This document shows, in pieces, positions 26,071 to 35,917 of a DNA stretch of 62,482 nucleotides. How positions within the stretch are numbered: position 1 is the first letter of the stretch; every line of letters begins with the position of its first letter. The notes under the pieces are model-generated. The model made no database searches. It was not told where the DNA came from and was given only the letters and a program-made list of their open reading frames with translations. Origin of the DNA: Acidimicrobiia bacterium (GTDB lineage Bacteria; Actinomycetota; Acidimicrobiia; Spongiisociales; UBA5794); assembly GCA_029287195.1 (NCBI GenBank), contig JARFRN010000203.1, forward strand, positions 1 to 62,482, read 5' to 3'. The translations under genes were made by a program, and so were the position numbers.

Positions 26071-27087
26071 TCAGGGCTCGACCGGGCGGGGATCGAGGTG
26101 TTGCTGGGCGCCGGTGCGGAGATGACAAGCCGCCCGCCGATAACCGTCCTCTTCGGGCGCCAGCAAGGCCGGCACCTCGACATCACATATACCCTCGACC
26201 GCAATCGGGCACCGGGGATGGAAGTGACACCCCGTGGGCGGATTCAAGGGCGATGGGATCTCCCCGCTGAGGATCTGCCGGTTCTTCGGCCGATCAGGGT
26301 CGGGGATCGGAATGGCGGATAGCAGGGCTTCGGTGTAGGGGTGCAGCGGCTTGCGATACAGGGACTCACGATCGTTGATCTCGACGATCCGGCCCAGGTA
26401 CATAACCGCCACTTGATCTGAAATGTGCTCGACCACGGCCAGGTTGTGGGCCACGAACAGCAAGGTCAGATCCAGCTCCGCCTGCAGGTCCTTCAGCAGA
26501 TTCAGCACCTGGGATTGCACCGACACATCCAGGGCCGAGACCGGCTCGTCGGCCACGACCAGATCCGGCTTGAGGATGAGGGCGCGGGCGATGCCGATGC
26601 GCTGCCGCTGCCCGCCGGAAAACTCATGGGGGTAACGGCCGGCGTGGGCACCTTTCAGACCCACCAGCTTCAGCATCTCCTTCACCCGTTCCTGCCGCTC
26701 GTCCTTGTCGTCAACGCCGTGCAGACGCAATCCTTCGGAAATAGACGCCCCCACCTGGGTACGAGGGTCGAGCGAACCGTAAGGGTCCTGGAAGATGATC
26801 TGCATACGGCGGCGGAACCGCTTGAGCTTCTGACCCTTGACGTGGGTGATGTCTTCACCATCGAATTTGATGGTGCCGCTGGTCGGTTCGAGAAGGCGAA
26901 CGAGCATCCGCCCCAGGGTTGTCTTGCCACAACCCGACTCCCCCACCAGACCGATGGATTGACCGCTGGGAATATCGAGATCGACGTCGGCGACCGCTTT
27001 GACGCTGGCGACCTGCCGCTGGAAGACGCCGCCCTTGATGGGAAACTCCTTGACCAGGTTCCTGATCTCTACGAGGTTCTCAGCCAT
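26071..27087 (-). CDS. Peptide/nickel ABC transporter ATP-binding protein (DppF/OppF-like)
   Basis: Walker [10 protein letters not shown], signature FSGGQRQR, Walker B LVVADEP, and a C-terminal oligopeptide-type extension with CHFHPRC. Confidence 0.9.
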   Translation of the reverse strand: MAENLVEIRNLVKEFPIKGGVFQRQVASVKAVADVDLDIPSGQSIGLVGESGCGKTTLGRMLVRLLEPTSGTIKFDGEDITHVKGQKLKRFRRRMQIIFQDPYGSLDPRTQVGASISEGLRLHGVDDKDERQERVKEMLKLVGLKGAHAGRYPHEFSGGQRQRIGIARALILKPDLVVADEPVSALDVSVQSQVLNLLKDLQAELDLTLLFVAHNLAVVEHISDQVAVMYLGRIVEINDRESLYRKPLHPYTEALLSAIPIPDPDRPKNRQILSGEIPSPLNPPTGCHFHPRCPIAVEGICDVEVPALLAPEEDGYRRAACHLRTGAQQHLDPRPVEP

Positions 27088-28129
27088 CAGCGGGACCGTC
27101 CTGATACAGCCAGCAGCGCACCTTGTGACCGGGCTCTACCTCCTCGAATACCGGTTTATGGGTGGTGCAGATCTCCAGCCCGTTTTGGACTCGGTCGACG
27201 CAGCGCTCCGCAAAGCGGCATCCCGGCGGCAGGTCGATCAACGAAGGCACGACGCCGGGGATGGTGTCGAGCACATCTTTCATCACCCCCAGCACCGGGA
27301 TCGATCCGATCAGCCCCTGCGTATAGGGATGCTTCGGCCTGTGGAAGATGGTGCGCACATCAGCTTCCTCGACGATCTCGCCGGCGTACATCACCGCCAC
27401 CCGATGCGCCATCTCAGCGACCACGCCTAGGTCGTGGGTGATGAGCAGCACGGCGGTGTTGGAGGATGCCTGGAGGTCGCGGATCAGGTCGAGGATCTGC
27501 GCCTGGATGGTGACGTCGAGCGCCGTCGTCGGCTCGTCGGCGATCAGCAGCTCGGGCTCGCAGGAGAGCGCCATCGCGATCATCACCCGTTGCGCCATTC
27601 CGCCGGACAACTCATGCGGGTAGGCGCGGGCGCGAGTTTTGGGGTCGGGGATACCGACCCTGGCCAGCATGTCGATCACTTTTTCTTCTTCAACGTCCTT
27701 GGACCAGTCGCGATGCAGCTCGAAGACTTCCTTGATCTGGGCACCGGCCCGGTAAACGGGGTTGAGCGCCCCCGTGGGTTGCTGGAAGATCATCGAGATG
27801 TGCTCGCCGCGCAGCTCCCTGACTTCCGACTTCTTCATCTTGGCAATGTCCTTGCCACCGAAGAGAATCTCGCCGGCGACGATCTCGCCGGGATGGGCGA
27901 TCAACCCCATCACCGACAGCGACGTGACCGACTTGCCGCATCCCGATTCGCCCACAATCCCGAGGACCTCGCCGCGATCAACGTGAAGATCCACCGCGTC
28001 GACCGCTTTGACGACGCCGTCACGAGTGTCGAAGTGGGTCTTCAGGCCGCGGATCTCCAGCAGTCTCTCGCCGGGCGCGACGGCGACGATGTCGCCTGAG
28101 TCCTCGGGAATCGATGCCGGCGCCGTCAT
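27080..28129 (-). CDS. Peptide/nickel ABC transporter ATP-binding protein (DppD/OppD-like)
   Basis: Motifs: [29 protein letters not shown], and C-terminal CRFAERC. Confidence 0.9.
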   Translation of the reverse strand: MTAPASIPEDSGDIVAVAPGERLLEIRGLKTHFDTRDGVVKAVDAVDLHVDRGEVLGIVGESGCGKSVTSLSVMGLIAHPGEIVAGEILFGGKDIAKMKKSEVRELRGEHISMIFQQPTGALNPVYRAGAQIKEVFELHRDWSKDVEEEKVIDMLARVGIPDPKTRARAYPHELSGGMAQRVMIAMALSCEPELLIADEPTTALDVTIQAQILDLIRDLQASSNTAVLLITHDLGVVAEMAHRVAVMYAGEIVEEADVRTIFHRPKHPYTQGLIGSIPVLGVMKDVLDTIPGVVPSLIDLPPGCRFAERCVDRVQNGLEICTTHKPVFEEVEPGHKVRCWLYQDGPADG

Positions 28130-29088
28130 CGGTTCAACGTGGGGTCGAGGGCGTCGCGCAGGCCGTCACCCATGAGATTGAAACCAAGCACGGTGATCAT
28201 GATGGCCAGCCCCGGGTAGAACACCAGGTGGGGTGCGGTGAACACTTGGTTGCGGTAGGTGGCCAGCATCGAGCCCCATTCGGCGAGAGGCGGCTGGGCA
28301 CCCAGGCCGAGGAACGAAAGCCCGGCTGCTTCGAGGATGGCTGTGGCGATGCCGAGCGTGGCGAGCACTACCAGCGGTGTCATCGCGTTTGGTATCACCC
28401 TCCGCACGAGAATCTGCATCGGTGAGGCGCCAAGGGCACGCGAAGCAGCCACGTAATCGCTTTCTTTGATGGCAAGCACCTGAGCCCGCATCACCCGGGC
28501 GTATCCGGGCAACGTGACGATGGCGATGGCTATCAACGCGTTGCGCAGCCCGGGCCCGAGCACGGCCACGATGGCGATGGCCAGCAACAACGACGGGAAG
28601 CCGAGGATGACGTCCATGAACCTCATGACGATGTTGTCGAACCAACCCCCCAGGTAACCCGCAACCGCCCCGATCGCCGACCCGACCACCAAGGCGAGCG
28701 TGACGGTGAAGAACCCGAGTTGCAGGCTGACCCGCGAACCGTAGACCACGCGGGAGAAGTAATCGCGTACGTTGCCGTCGATGCCCATCAGGTGCTGCGG
28801 CTGGTCTTCGGGACATCCCAGCAAGTGAATACAGGGGGCCTGATAACGCCGCACATCCTCCTCACCGATGAGATCTTCATTCGGATCGTACGGTGCGATC
28901 AGCGGAGCAAAGACCGCAACGAGAATGAGCGAGGTGATCATGAAGAGCCCCACCATGCCCGACTTGCGACCGCGGAAACGTCGCAACGCCAGTCGCCACT
29001 GAGGTAGCGGCTTCTCATACAGCTTCTCCGAAGCTGCAGCCTCGGCAACCAGCTGGTCGAGTGCCTCTTGACGGCTGATTTTGCTCAT
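28126..29088 (-). CDS. Peptide ABC transporter permease (DppC/OppC-like)
   Basis: BPD-transporter EAA-like segment (YVAASRALGASPMQILVRRVIPN) with 6 TM segments. 4-nt overlaps on both sides. Confidence 0.9.
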   Translation of the reverse strand: MSKISRQEALDQLVAEAAASEKLYEKPLPQWRLALRRFRGRKSGMVGLFMITSLILVAVFAPLIAPYDPNEDLIGEEDVRRYQAPCIHLLGCPEDQPQHLMGIDGNVRDYFSRVVYGSRVSLQLGFFTVTLALVVGSAIGAVAGYLGGWFDNIVMRFMDVILGFPSLLLAIAIVAVLGPGLRNALIAIAIVTLPGYARVMRAQVLAIKESDYVAASRALGASPMQILVRRVIPNAMTPLVVLATLGIATAILEAAGLSFLGLGAQPPLAEWGSMLATYRNQVFTAPHLVFYPGLAIMITVLGFNLMGDGLRDALDPTLNR

Positions 29089-30164
29089 TCGAGTCTGATC
29101 CTCGGGTCGAGATAGGCGTACGAGAGATCGACGAGAAGATTTACGATCACGTAACCGGCGGCGACGATCACCGTGAAGCCCTGGACCACCGCGTAGTCAC
29201 GGCCGGTGATAGCGTCGAAGAGAGCGCGGCCAACACCGCCCAGGTTGAACACGGTCTCGGTGAGCACCGCCCCGCCCAGCAGAGCACCCAGCTGCAACCC
29301 CACGATGGTCACCACCGGAAGCAGCGCATTGCGGAAAGCGTGGCTGCGGACCACAGTCCATTCGGAGACGCCCTTGGCGCGCGCCGTGCGCACGTAGTCC
29401 TTGCTCATCACCTCGAGCAGCGAGCTACGTGTGATGCGGGCGATGATCGACAGCGGGATCGTGGCCAAGGCAACTGCCGGCAGGATCATGTGTCTGACCG
29501 CGTCCCAGAACACCTCCCACTGCCCCGTTATGAAGTTGTTGAAGATGTAGTGGTTGGCCACGTACTCATGAAACTTCGACCAGAAGGAGCCTTCCTGCAG
29601 CTGCCACCCCCAAACCTCGTAGTACGGCGTTGAAGAAAGCCCGGCGCTGAGCCGACCCGATGGAGGTAGGACGAATGGCGTGTCCTTCAATACCAGGGCG
29701 AAGACATAGGCAAGCATCAGGCCGAGCCAGAAGACCGGCATCGAAACCCCCACGTTCGCCAGCGCCATAGTGCCGGTATCGACGAGAGTGTTGTGGCGGC
29801 GGGCGGCGATGACACCCATCGGAATCCCCACCAACACCGCCAGCGCCAGCGCGCTCAAGGCCAGCTCAGTCGTGAGAGGCAGCCGCTCGATCAGCAACTG
29901 GTTTACAGGGCGCGAGAAGCGGATCGACTCGCCGAGGTCAAAGGTGACCACGTTCTTCATGTAGATGCCGAGTTGCACCCAAACCGGCTCGTTGAGTCCG
30001 TTGGCCTCGTTGAACACCTCGCAAGCCTCTTCGGTCGCCCGCTCCCCCAACAGCGAAGTGCACGGATCGCCCGGGATCGCCCGCACCAAGATGAACACCA
30101 CCACCATGATCCCGATCAGAACCGGAATAGCCAGCAGCACGCGGCGGGTGATATAGCTCAGCAT
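29085..30164 (-). CDS. Peptide ABC transporter permease (DppB/OppB-like)
   Basis: Starts MLSYITRRVLLAIPVLIGIMVVVF. Contains DYVRTARAKGVSEWTVVRSHAFRNALLP. Confidence 0.9.
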   Translation of the reverse strand: MLSYITRRVLLAIPVLIGIMVVVFILVRAIPGDPCTSLLGERATEEACEVFNEANGLNEPVWVQLGIYMKNVVTFDLGESIRFSRPVNQLLIERLPLTTELALSALALAVLVGIPMGVIAARRHNTLVDTGTMALANVGVSMPVFWLGLMLAYVFALVLKDTPFVLPPSGRLSAGLSSTPYYEVWGWQLQEGSFWSKFHEYVANHYIFNNFITGQWEVFWDAVRHMILPAVALATIPLSIIARITRSSLLEVMSKDYVRTARAKGVSEWTVVRSHAFRNALLPVVTIVGLQLGALLGGAVLTETVFNLGGVGRALFDAITGRDYAVVQGFTVIVAAGYVIVNLLVDLSYAYLDPRIRLE

Positions 30165-30236
30165 CAGTGGACGGATCTTAGAGCTTTGTAACCCGAGCTG
30201 ATCGATTGGGCGCGATCTTCGTCTCTTCGCGGCGTG

Positions 30237-30274
30237 TCACAAAAGGAGGGGAGGCGCCTGTGGCGCCTCCCCTC
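30237..30274 (-). terminator. Intrinsic terminator/attenuator between the binding-protein gene and the permease genes
   Basis: The minus strand reads GAGGGGAGGCGCC-ACA-GGCGCCTCCCCTC followed by CTTTTGTG. That is a 13-bp GC stem (30246-30258 with 30262-74) plus a short U tract, 24 nt after the 30298 stop. Confidence 0.6.
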
Positions 30275-30297
30275 GGCTTGTCGATATTGTTGGTCGA

Positions 30298-32037
30298 CTA
30301 CTCCTCTTCGGGAGCGTTGATCAGGCCGTTCCACAGGTAGTCGTAGTACTCGAACACGCCGCTGTTGCCCACATGAAGCGGGCTGGCGGCGTCGAGACCG
30401 GCCGTGTAGGAAGCCACTACGTCGTTGGCGTCGAAAGTCGACCCGTCGTGGAACATCACGCCCTGGCGGAGCGAGCAAGTCCAGACGCTCAGGTCTTCGT
30501 TCGGCGCACACTCGGTGGCGAGCTGCGGCCGGACGTTGCCTTCGACGTCGTACGAGTAGAGGGCTTCTACGGTCTGGCCACAAGCACGTAGCGACTCACC
30601 GTCGGTTTCATCGGAGCAGTAGAGCGAGATCGGCTCGTTGCCCTGCATGAAGACCAGAGTGTCGGTGCCGTTGTCCCACAGGTTCAACTGCACGTGACCC
30701 CACGGCGGGGCGTTGGAACCCTCGACTGCCGCGCTGGCGCCGAAGAAAGCGCCGGCATGGGCAATAGGCACCATCGGGACCAGCTCCTTGATGGCATTGT
30801 TTGCCTCTTCATAGAGCGGCGCCGCTTCGGCTGGGTCTGTCAGCTGGGAAGCTTGCTCCAGCGGTTCGTAGATCTCCGGATGCGGCTCACCAAACTGAGC
30901 ATTGCCGGCCGCAAAGTGGAAGTCCAGGAAGTTGGTGACGTGCGGATAGTCGCCCGTCCAGCCCAACAAGTGGATTCCGTCGCAAGTCCCGGCCGTGGAG
31001 CATGCCTGGATGAACTCGGCCGATTCCATCTGCACGATCTCGGCGTTGATACCCAGATTCTCCCGCAGCTGGGTCTGGATGTCGGCTGCCACATCACCCG
31101 GTGTCGGCAGGTAACCGCGGGTCACATCCCGGTAGTAGATCGACGTGTCGAATCCATCCGGGAACCCGGCGTCGGACAGCATCTGCTTGGCTGCCTCCGG
31201 ATCGAACTCGTACCACGAATCGCCTTCGCAGCCGTTCTCAACAGAGCACGGAGTGAAGTGTGACGCGGCCTCCGACCCGGGCGGGTAGAAGATGTCGACG
31301 ATCCGTTGCCGGTCGATGCCCATTCCGATGGCCTTGCGGACGTCGGGATTGTCGAACGGCTCGAAGATGTTGGTGAATCCGACGTAGAAGATGTTCGGCT
31401 CAGGCTTGCTGAGCAGGGTCAGATTCGGATCTGATTCGATCACCGCCAGATCCTCTGTGCCCGGGAACGTGATGCCGTCCACGGTGCCGGACTGCAACTC
31501 GAGCAGTCGCCCTGCACTCTCCGTCGCCCACTTCAGGACCAGAGTCGAGTGCGTCGGCTGCTCCCCGTAGTAGTCGTCGAAGCGTGAGTAGTTGACGGAG
31601 TCGCCACGAACCCACTCTTCGAGCACGTACGGACCGGTGCCAACCGGGTTGTCGAGCGGTGCACCGCCCGTCGCCTCCAGGTGCTCTTCCGGCTGGATGC
31701 CGAACACACCAAACGCGATCTGTGCCAGGAACGCGGGGTGCGGTCCGCACAGGTCGAATTCGACTGTGAACTCGTCAACGGCAGTGATCGTCTCGACACG
31801 GCCGCCGTAGTCGCACCCACCGGCGTCGAGGACATATCCCTCGAAGTCGGGGCTGGGCGCCGCCGTGGTCGTTTCTTCTGGTGCGGCAGTAGTGGTCTCC
31901 TCCGGAGCCGCCGTGGTGGTGGTCTCTTCTGGAGCCGCGGTCGTTGTGTCATCGCCGGAGTCGTCGTCACCACCGCAGGCTGCGGCGATCAACGCGAATA
32001 CCACGAGAATCCACAACGCCTTGAGGGTTGTTTTCAT
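30298..32037 (-). CDS. Peptide/nickel ABC transporter substrate-binding lipoprotein (family 5)
   Basis: Lipobox LIAAAC-GG, a Thr/Pro/Glu linker with a 3x AAPEETTT repeat, and a 579-aa SBP_bac_5-like body. First gene of the five-gene importer. Confidence 0.9.
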   Translation of the reverse strand: MKTTLKALWILVVFALIAAACGGDDDSGDDTTTAAPEETTTTAAPEETTTAAPEETTTAAPSPDFEGYVLDAGGCDYGGRVETITAVDEFTVEFDLCGPHPAFLAQIAFGVFGIQPEEHLEATGGAPLDNPVGTGPYVLEEWVRGDSVNYSRFDDYYGEQPTHSTLVLKWATESAGRLLELQSGTVDGITFPGTEDLAVIESDPNLTLLSKPEPNIFYVGFTNIFEPFDNPDVRKAIGMGIDRQRIVDIFYPPGSEAASHFTPCSVENGCEGDSWYEFDPEAAKQMLSDAGFPDGFDTSIYYRDVTRGYLPTPGDVAADIQTQLRENLGINAEIVQMESAEFIQACSTAGTCDGIHLLGWTGDYPHVTNFLDFHFAAGNAQFGEPHPEIYEPLEQASQLTDPAEAAPLYEEANNAIKELVPMVPIAHAGAFFGASAAVEGSNAPPWGHVQLNLWDNGTDTLVFMQGNEPISLYCSDETDGESLRACGQTVEALYSYDVEGNVRPQLATECAPNEDLSVWTCSLRQGVMFHDGSTFDANDVVASYTAGLDAASPLHVGNSGVFEYYDYLWNGLINAPEEE

Positions 32038-32254
32038 CTGCGGCTTTCCCCTTCCTTCTCTTTATGCACCGCGCCCAGTATTTCCAGACGCGACAAACAG
32101 CTAGCTGGTTGTGGGGTTGGTTGTGAAACGCATTGACCCCTCCTCGGGCAAGCTGCGTATCTCGCGCAGCCTACCCCCATGAAAGGGAAGGTGCGAGAAG
32201 GGTCTGGCATTATATACCAGGTGGTGCGGCGTTCCTCGGTGGCCGGGTATCGAA

Positions 32255-32518
32255 TCAAACCCTGTGGTCCGCCGCGAAGACGCCCTGCACCAGCGTGAAC
32301 AAGTCCTCGTCGGTGAACTGGCTGAGGGCTCCGTCGAGCCACAAGGTGGCCAACCCGTGGACTGTCGCCCAGGCCCCCATGGCAACATGCATCGGGTCGG
32401 CACCACCCAGCTCTGCGGGACTCATCGCCTCGACGACACCCATCAGAACCCCGAATGAGCCGTGGCTGATGGACTTGAACTCGGGATCGTCGTTGTCATG
32501 CATCTCGGAGCGGAACAT
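32255..32518 (-). pseudogene. TetR-family regulator remnant (C-terminal ligand domain only, no HTH)
   Basis: The 87-aa ORF ends with ...AMGAWATVHGLATLWLDGAL..., which is TetR_C-like. No N-terminal HTH coding is possible upstream, because the mmpL remnant starts within about 15-30 nt. Confidence 0.55.
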
Positions 32519-32531
32519 GACCTCGAAGTAG

Positions 32532-33005
32532 GGCTGCCGCTCTACGGCGAATCGCTACGGCCTGGTCGCGATCGTCCCGATCCTGATCGTCGTGTCCTGG
32601 CTCTGCGCCTTCATGTACCCGTTCGGGTACTCGATCAATCTGGTGACGGCGACGATCGGCGCAGTCTCGATCGGAATCGGCATCGATTTCGCCATCCATT
32701 TTGCGATGCGCTACCGCGAGGAGCCGGAACGCACCGGCCACCGGGAGACCGCAGTGCGTGCCGCCGGCGAAGGCACCGGGGTTGCTCTGGTCGGCTCTGC
32801 GGTCTCGTCGATGGTGGGCTTCGCCATCCTGGCGTTCGCCCCGATGCCGTTGTTTGCGTCGTATGGCTTCCTCACCGCGGTGATGATCGCCACGGCGGGC
32901 GCGGCATCCCTGCTGGTGTTGCCTTCGCTGCTGATGGTGATCACCAAGGATCGCGCTGCCGTCAGCGAACTGATGTACCAAGAGCCGGAAGATGCCGCCG
33001 CCTGA
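32532..33005 (+). pseudogene. MMPL/RND transporter remnant (last ~150 aa only)
   Basis: The open frame from 32532 reads ...NRYGLVAIVPILIVVSWLCAFMYPFGYSINLVTATIGAVSIGIGIDFAIHFAMRYREE..., which is the C-terminal TM bundle of MMPL proteins. The roughly 600 N-terminal residues are absent. Confidence 0.6.
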
Positions 33006-33063
33006 GGACTCCGCAGGCGGCAGAGGCAAACCGGTAGGCCGACGTTTGCGTGGCAAACTCGAA

Positions 33064-33092
33064 CCTGTTCCCGCCCCCGGGGCGGGAACAGG
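33064..33092. repeat. 29-nt GC-rich hairpin/palindrome upstream of the ABC exporter gene
   Basis: CCTGTTCCCGCC-CCCGG-GGCGGGAACAGG has perfect 12-bp arms. It lies 59 nt after the mmpL-remnant stop and 25 nt before ATG 33117. There is no clear U tract. Confidence 0.4.
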
Positions 33093-33116
33093 CGGGCTGC
33101 CGTAACATCCGAACCC

Positions 33117-34919
33117 ATGCGGCCCATGCGAAGACGACCGGTGACCACCCCCGACGCGGAGCGGCCGCGCCTCAGTCTCGGTCAGCTCGTCCAGGTACGA
33201 CGCTTGTTCGTGTTCGCCCGGCCCTACCGGGGCAGGATCATCGCGGCCACCGTGGCCGTGGCTTTCGCCAGCGGGCTCGGCCTGGTGTTTCCCCGCATCA
33301 TGGGGGATCTGGTCGACTCCGCCCTAGGCGAAGTGGGCAGCTCCGACACCAGCAGCCTCGATCGTTTTGCGCTGATCCTGGTCGGGGTCTTCCTGGCACA
33401 GGCCGGCTTCAATTTCCTCCGCACCTATTGGTTGGCGATTGCGGGAGAGGGCGTAGTTGCGGATCTGCGGCGAGCAGTATTCGATCGAGTGGTCCGCCTC
33501 GGGGTCCCGTTCTTCGACGAGCGCAAGACCGGCGAGATCACCTCCAGACTGACGGCCGATGCTGCCGTGGTGCAGGCAACCGTATCGACGGCAGTTGCCC
33601 AGGCGCTGGCGCAGGGCATCACCCTGATCGGCAGCGTCATCCTCTTGCTTCTGCTGAGCCCTCGTCTGTCACTTACGGTGCTGACGTTCCTTCCGGTTGT
33701 GATCATCGCCGCCGCGTTCTTCGGCCGCCGGCTGCGCCGGGTCTCGACCAACTTCCAAGACCGCCTCGCCGAAGCCAACAGCCTTGCGGAGGAAGCAATC
33801 GCTTCGGTACGGGTGGTCAAATGGTTCACTGCCGAGGACGAGACCGCCCGGCTCTACGATCACCACATTCGCGCCTCGTATGACGTGGCAATACGTCGTG
33901 CCCGGCTGCGAGCCATATTCGTGCCAACTGTGACCTTCGTCATGTTCAGCACCATCGCATTGGTGCTGTGGCAAGGCGGTCGCCTGGTAATCGACGGCAC
34001 ACTCACCGCCGGCGACCTGGTCACCTTCTTGCTCTACACACTCACCGTGGCAGGCGCCATCGGCACCTTCACCGGCCTGTACGCCCAGCTCCAGGAGGCC
34101 CTCGGCGCATCACAACGCATCTTCGAGCTGCTCGACGAACCACCCGAGGTCGCCAAGACCGACACCACCGAGCAGCCGCCGCGGCTCGGCACAGTCAGCT
34201 TGGAAGACGTCTCCTTCGCCTATGCAGAACGCTCAGGCGATGTGCTGCGTGGGATCAACCTCGATGTGGAACCGGGGGAGATGGTGGCCCTCGTCGGCCC
34301 TTCGGGCGCCGGCAAGACCACGCTCGTACAACTGATACCCCGCTTCTACGACGTAACGTCCGGTCGGATCCTCGTCGATGGGACCGACGTTCGACGACAA
34401 GACATCGAGCAACTGCGATCTCGGATGGCGGCCGTCCCCCAGGAGGTAGAGCTGTTCTCGGGGACGATCGCCGAAAACCTGCGGGTAGCCAAGGCCGACG
34501 CTACCGATCAGGAGCTCGTTGAAGCGTGCATCGCAGCCAATGCCCATCAGTTCGTCACAGAATTTCCGGATGGGTACGCAACCGTGGTCGGCGAAAGAGG
34601 CATCAAGCTGTCCGGCGGACAGCGGCAACGGGTAGCGATCGCCCGTGCGCTGCTCGCAGACCCGAGCATCTTGATCCTGGACGAGGCAACCAGCTCACTC
34701 GACGCAGAGTCTGAGGCGCTCGTACAGTCGGCCCTCGAGGTGCTGATGCGAGGGCGCACCACCCTGGTGATTGCTCACCGGCTCAGCACGGTGCGCCGGG
34801 CGGACCGTCTGATTGTGTTGGCAGAGGGCCGCATCATCGAGGAGGGCCGGCACGAAGAACTCCTGGCCGTCGGCGGACTCTACGCCGAGTTGTACGGCCG
34901 TCAGCTCGACCCAGACTGA
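33117..34919 (+). CDS. ABC exporter, fused permease/ATPase (MsbA/multidrug type)
   Basis: 6-TM ABC_membrane domain followed by GPSGAGKTT, LSGGQRQR and ILILDEATSSLD. Confidence 0.9.
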   Translation: MRPMRRRPVTTPDAERPRLSLGQLVQVRRLFVFARPYRGRIIAATVAVAFASGLGLVFPRIMGDLVDSALGEVGSSDTSSLDRFALILVGVFLAQAGFNFLRTYWLAIAGEGVVADLRRAVFDRVVRLGVPFFDERKTGEITSRLTADAAVVQATVSTAVAQALAQGITLIGSVILLLLLSPRLSLTVLTFLPVVIIAAAFFGRRLRRVSTNFQDRLAEANSLAEEAIASVRVVKWFTAEDETARLYDHHIRASYDVAIRRARLRAIFVPTVTFVMFSTIALVLWQGGRLVIDGTLTAGDLVTFLLYTLTVAGAIGTFTGLYAQLQEALGASQRIFELLDEPPEVAKTDTTEQPPRLGTVSLEDVSFAYAERSGDVLRGINLDVEPGEMVALVGPSGAGKTTLVQLIPRFYDVTSGRILVDGTDVRRQDIEQLRSRMAAVPQEVELFSGTIAENLRVAKADATDQELVEACIAANAHQFVTEFPDGYATVVGERGIKLSGGQRQRVAIARALLADPSILILDEATSSLDAESEALVQSALEVLMRGRTTLVIAHRLSTVRRADRLIVLAEGRIIEEGRHEELLAVGGLYAELYGRQLDPD

Positions 34920-35050
34920 CAACACTCTGTGTATTCCCCCGACCACGAGAATGACTAGTCCATCCTGAGTCACGAGAAACCCTCCTACCGGGCATCCCGG
35001 TTCCGGATTACTGTCAAACGTGGGCTGCAAAAACCAGAAAGCAACCCAAA

Positions 35051-35080
35051 ACAGGGCCAGACAGGGAAAGACAGGGGGTA
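35051..35080 (+). repeat. Three exactly phased 10-bp direct repeats, ACAGGGnnnn
   Basis: ACAGGGCCAG / ACAGGGAAAG / ACAGGGGGTA start at 35051, 35061 and 35071. They lie 40-70 nt upstream of the PAS-LuxR start (35120). Confidence 0.4.
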
Positions 35081-35119
35081 AGGGCTGATGAATATCTATC
35101 CGATGCGACTGGGGCGAGC

Positions 35120-35836
35120 ATGACGGCGCGCAACGGTGCCGGCACTGTGGTGGTGCCACTTCAGGAGCTGCTCGAGGCAATGAGCGACGGTGTCTTGATC
35201 ACCGACGAGAACGGTCGCTGCACCTACTCCAATCCGTCGCTGGACCTCTTGGTCGGCATGAAAGCGTGTGACCCGGCAAACCACGAAGATGCCCCGATTT
35301 GGATCTCGCTCTCCCACCAAGCGGAGTACCGCCGGCTCATCACCCGCTCGCTGAACGGCAGGATCCCGCGCCGGCCGCAATCCATCGAGTGGGATCTGAC
35401 GGGCCCCGACGGGGATCCAATTCCAACGACGACGAAGATCATCCCGATGCATAACGGCGTCGGACCGTCCGCAGCACTGCTGTGGATCTTCAGTCCGGCA
35501 CCCGGGGAAATGCGAATGGTGCAGGATCCAAGACGCCGCGAGCTAGAAGACACGATGCGGCGGATCTCCGATGAACTGGCGCGGGTTGGCGTCGGAGGAG
35601 GACCCGTCGTTCCGGATAGCGCACCAGCGCACCCGGATCTCGAGCTGCTGTCCCGGCGCGAACGAGACGTTGTGACCCACCTGATGCAGGGGCACCGCGT
35701 GGTCTCGATTGCCGAACTGCTCGAAGTGAGCGAGCACACCGTGCGCAACCATCTCAAGTCGATCTTCCGCAAGCTCGGGGTTCATTCCCAGGCGGAGCTG
35801 GTCGACCGCTTGCACAGCACAGCAGTCGCCAGCTAG
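35120..35836 (+). CDS. PAS-domain LuxR-family transcriptional regulator
   Basis: The N-terminus LLEAMSDGVLITDENGRCTYSNPS is PAS-like. The C-terminus LSRRERDVVTHLMQGHRVVSIAELLEVSEHTVRNHLKSIFRKLGV is a LuxR/GerE HTH. Confidence 0.8.
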   Translation: MTARNGAGTVVVPLQELLEAMSDGVLITDENGRCTYSNPSLDLLVGMKACDPANHEDAPIWISLSHQAEYRRLITRSLNGRIPRRPQSIEWDLTGPDGDPIPTTTKIIPMHNGVGPSAALLWIFSPAPGEMRMVQDPRRRELEDTMRRISDELARVGVGGGPVVPDSAPAHPDLELLSRRERDVVTHLMQGHRVVSIAELLEVSEHTVRNHLKSIFRKLGVHSQAELVDRLHSTAVAS

Positions 35837-35917
35837 CGCTGCCGACACGACCGCGGAGAGCACGGCGACTACGCTGCGGCCTGTGACTGCACAGGTATCA
35901 ACTGTGGCGGGCCTCTG

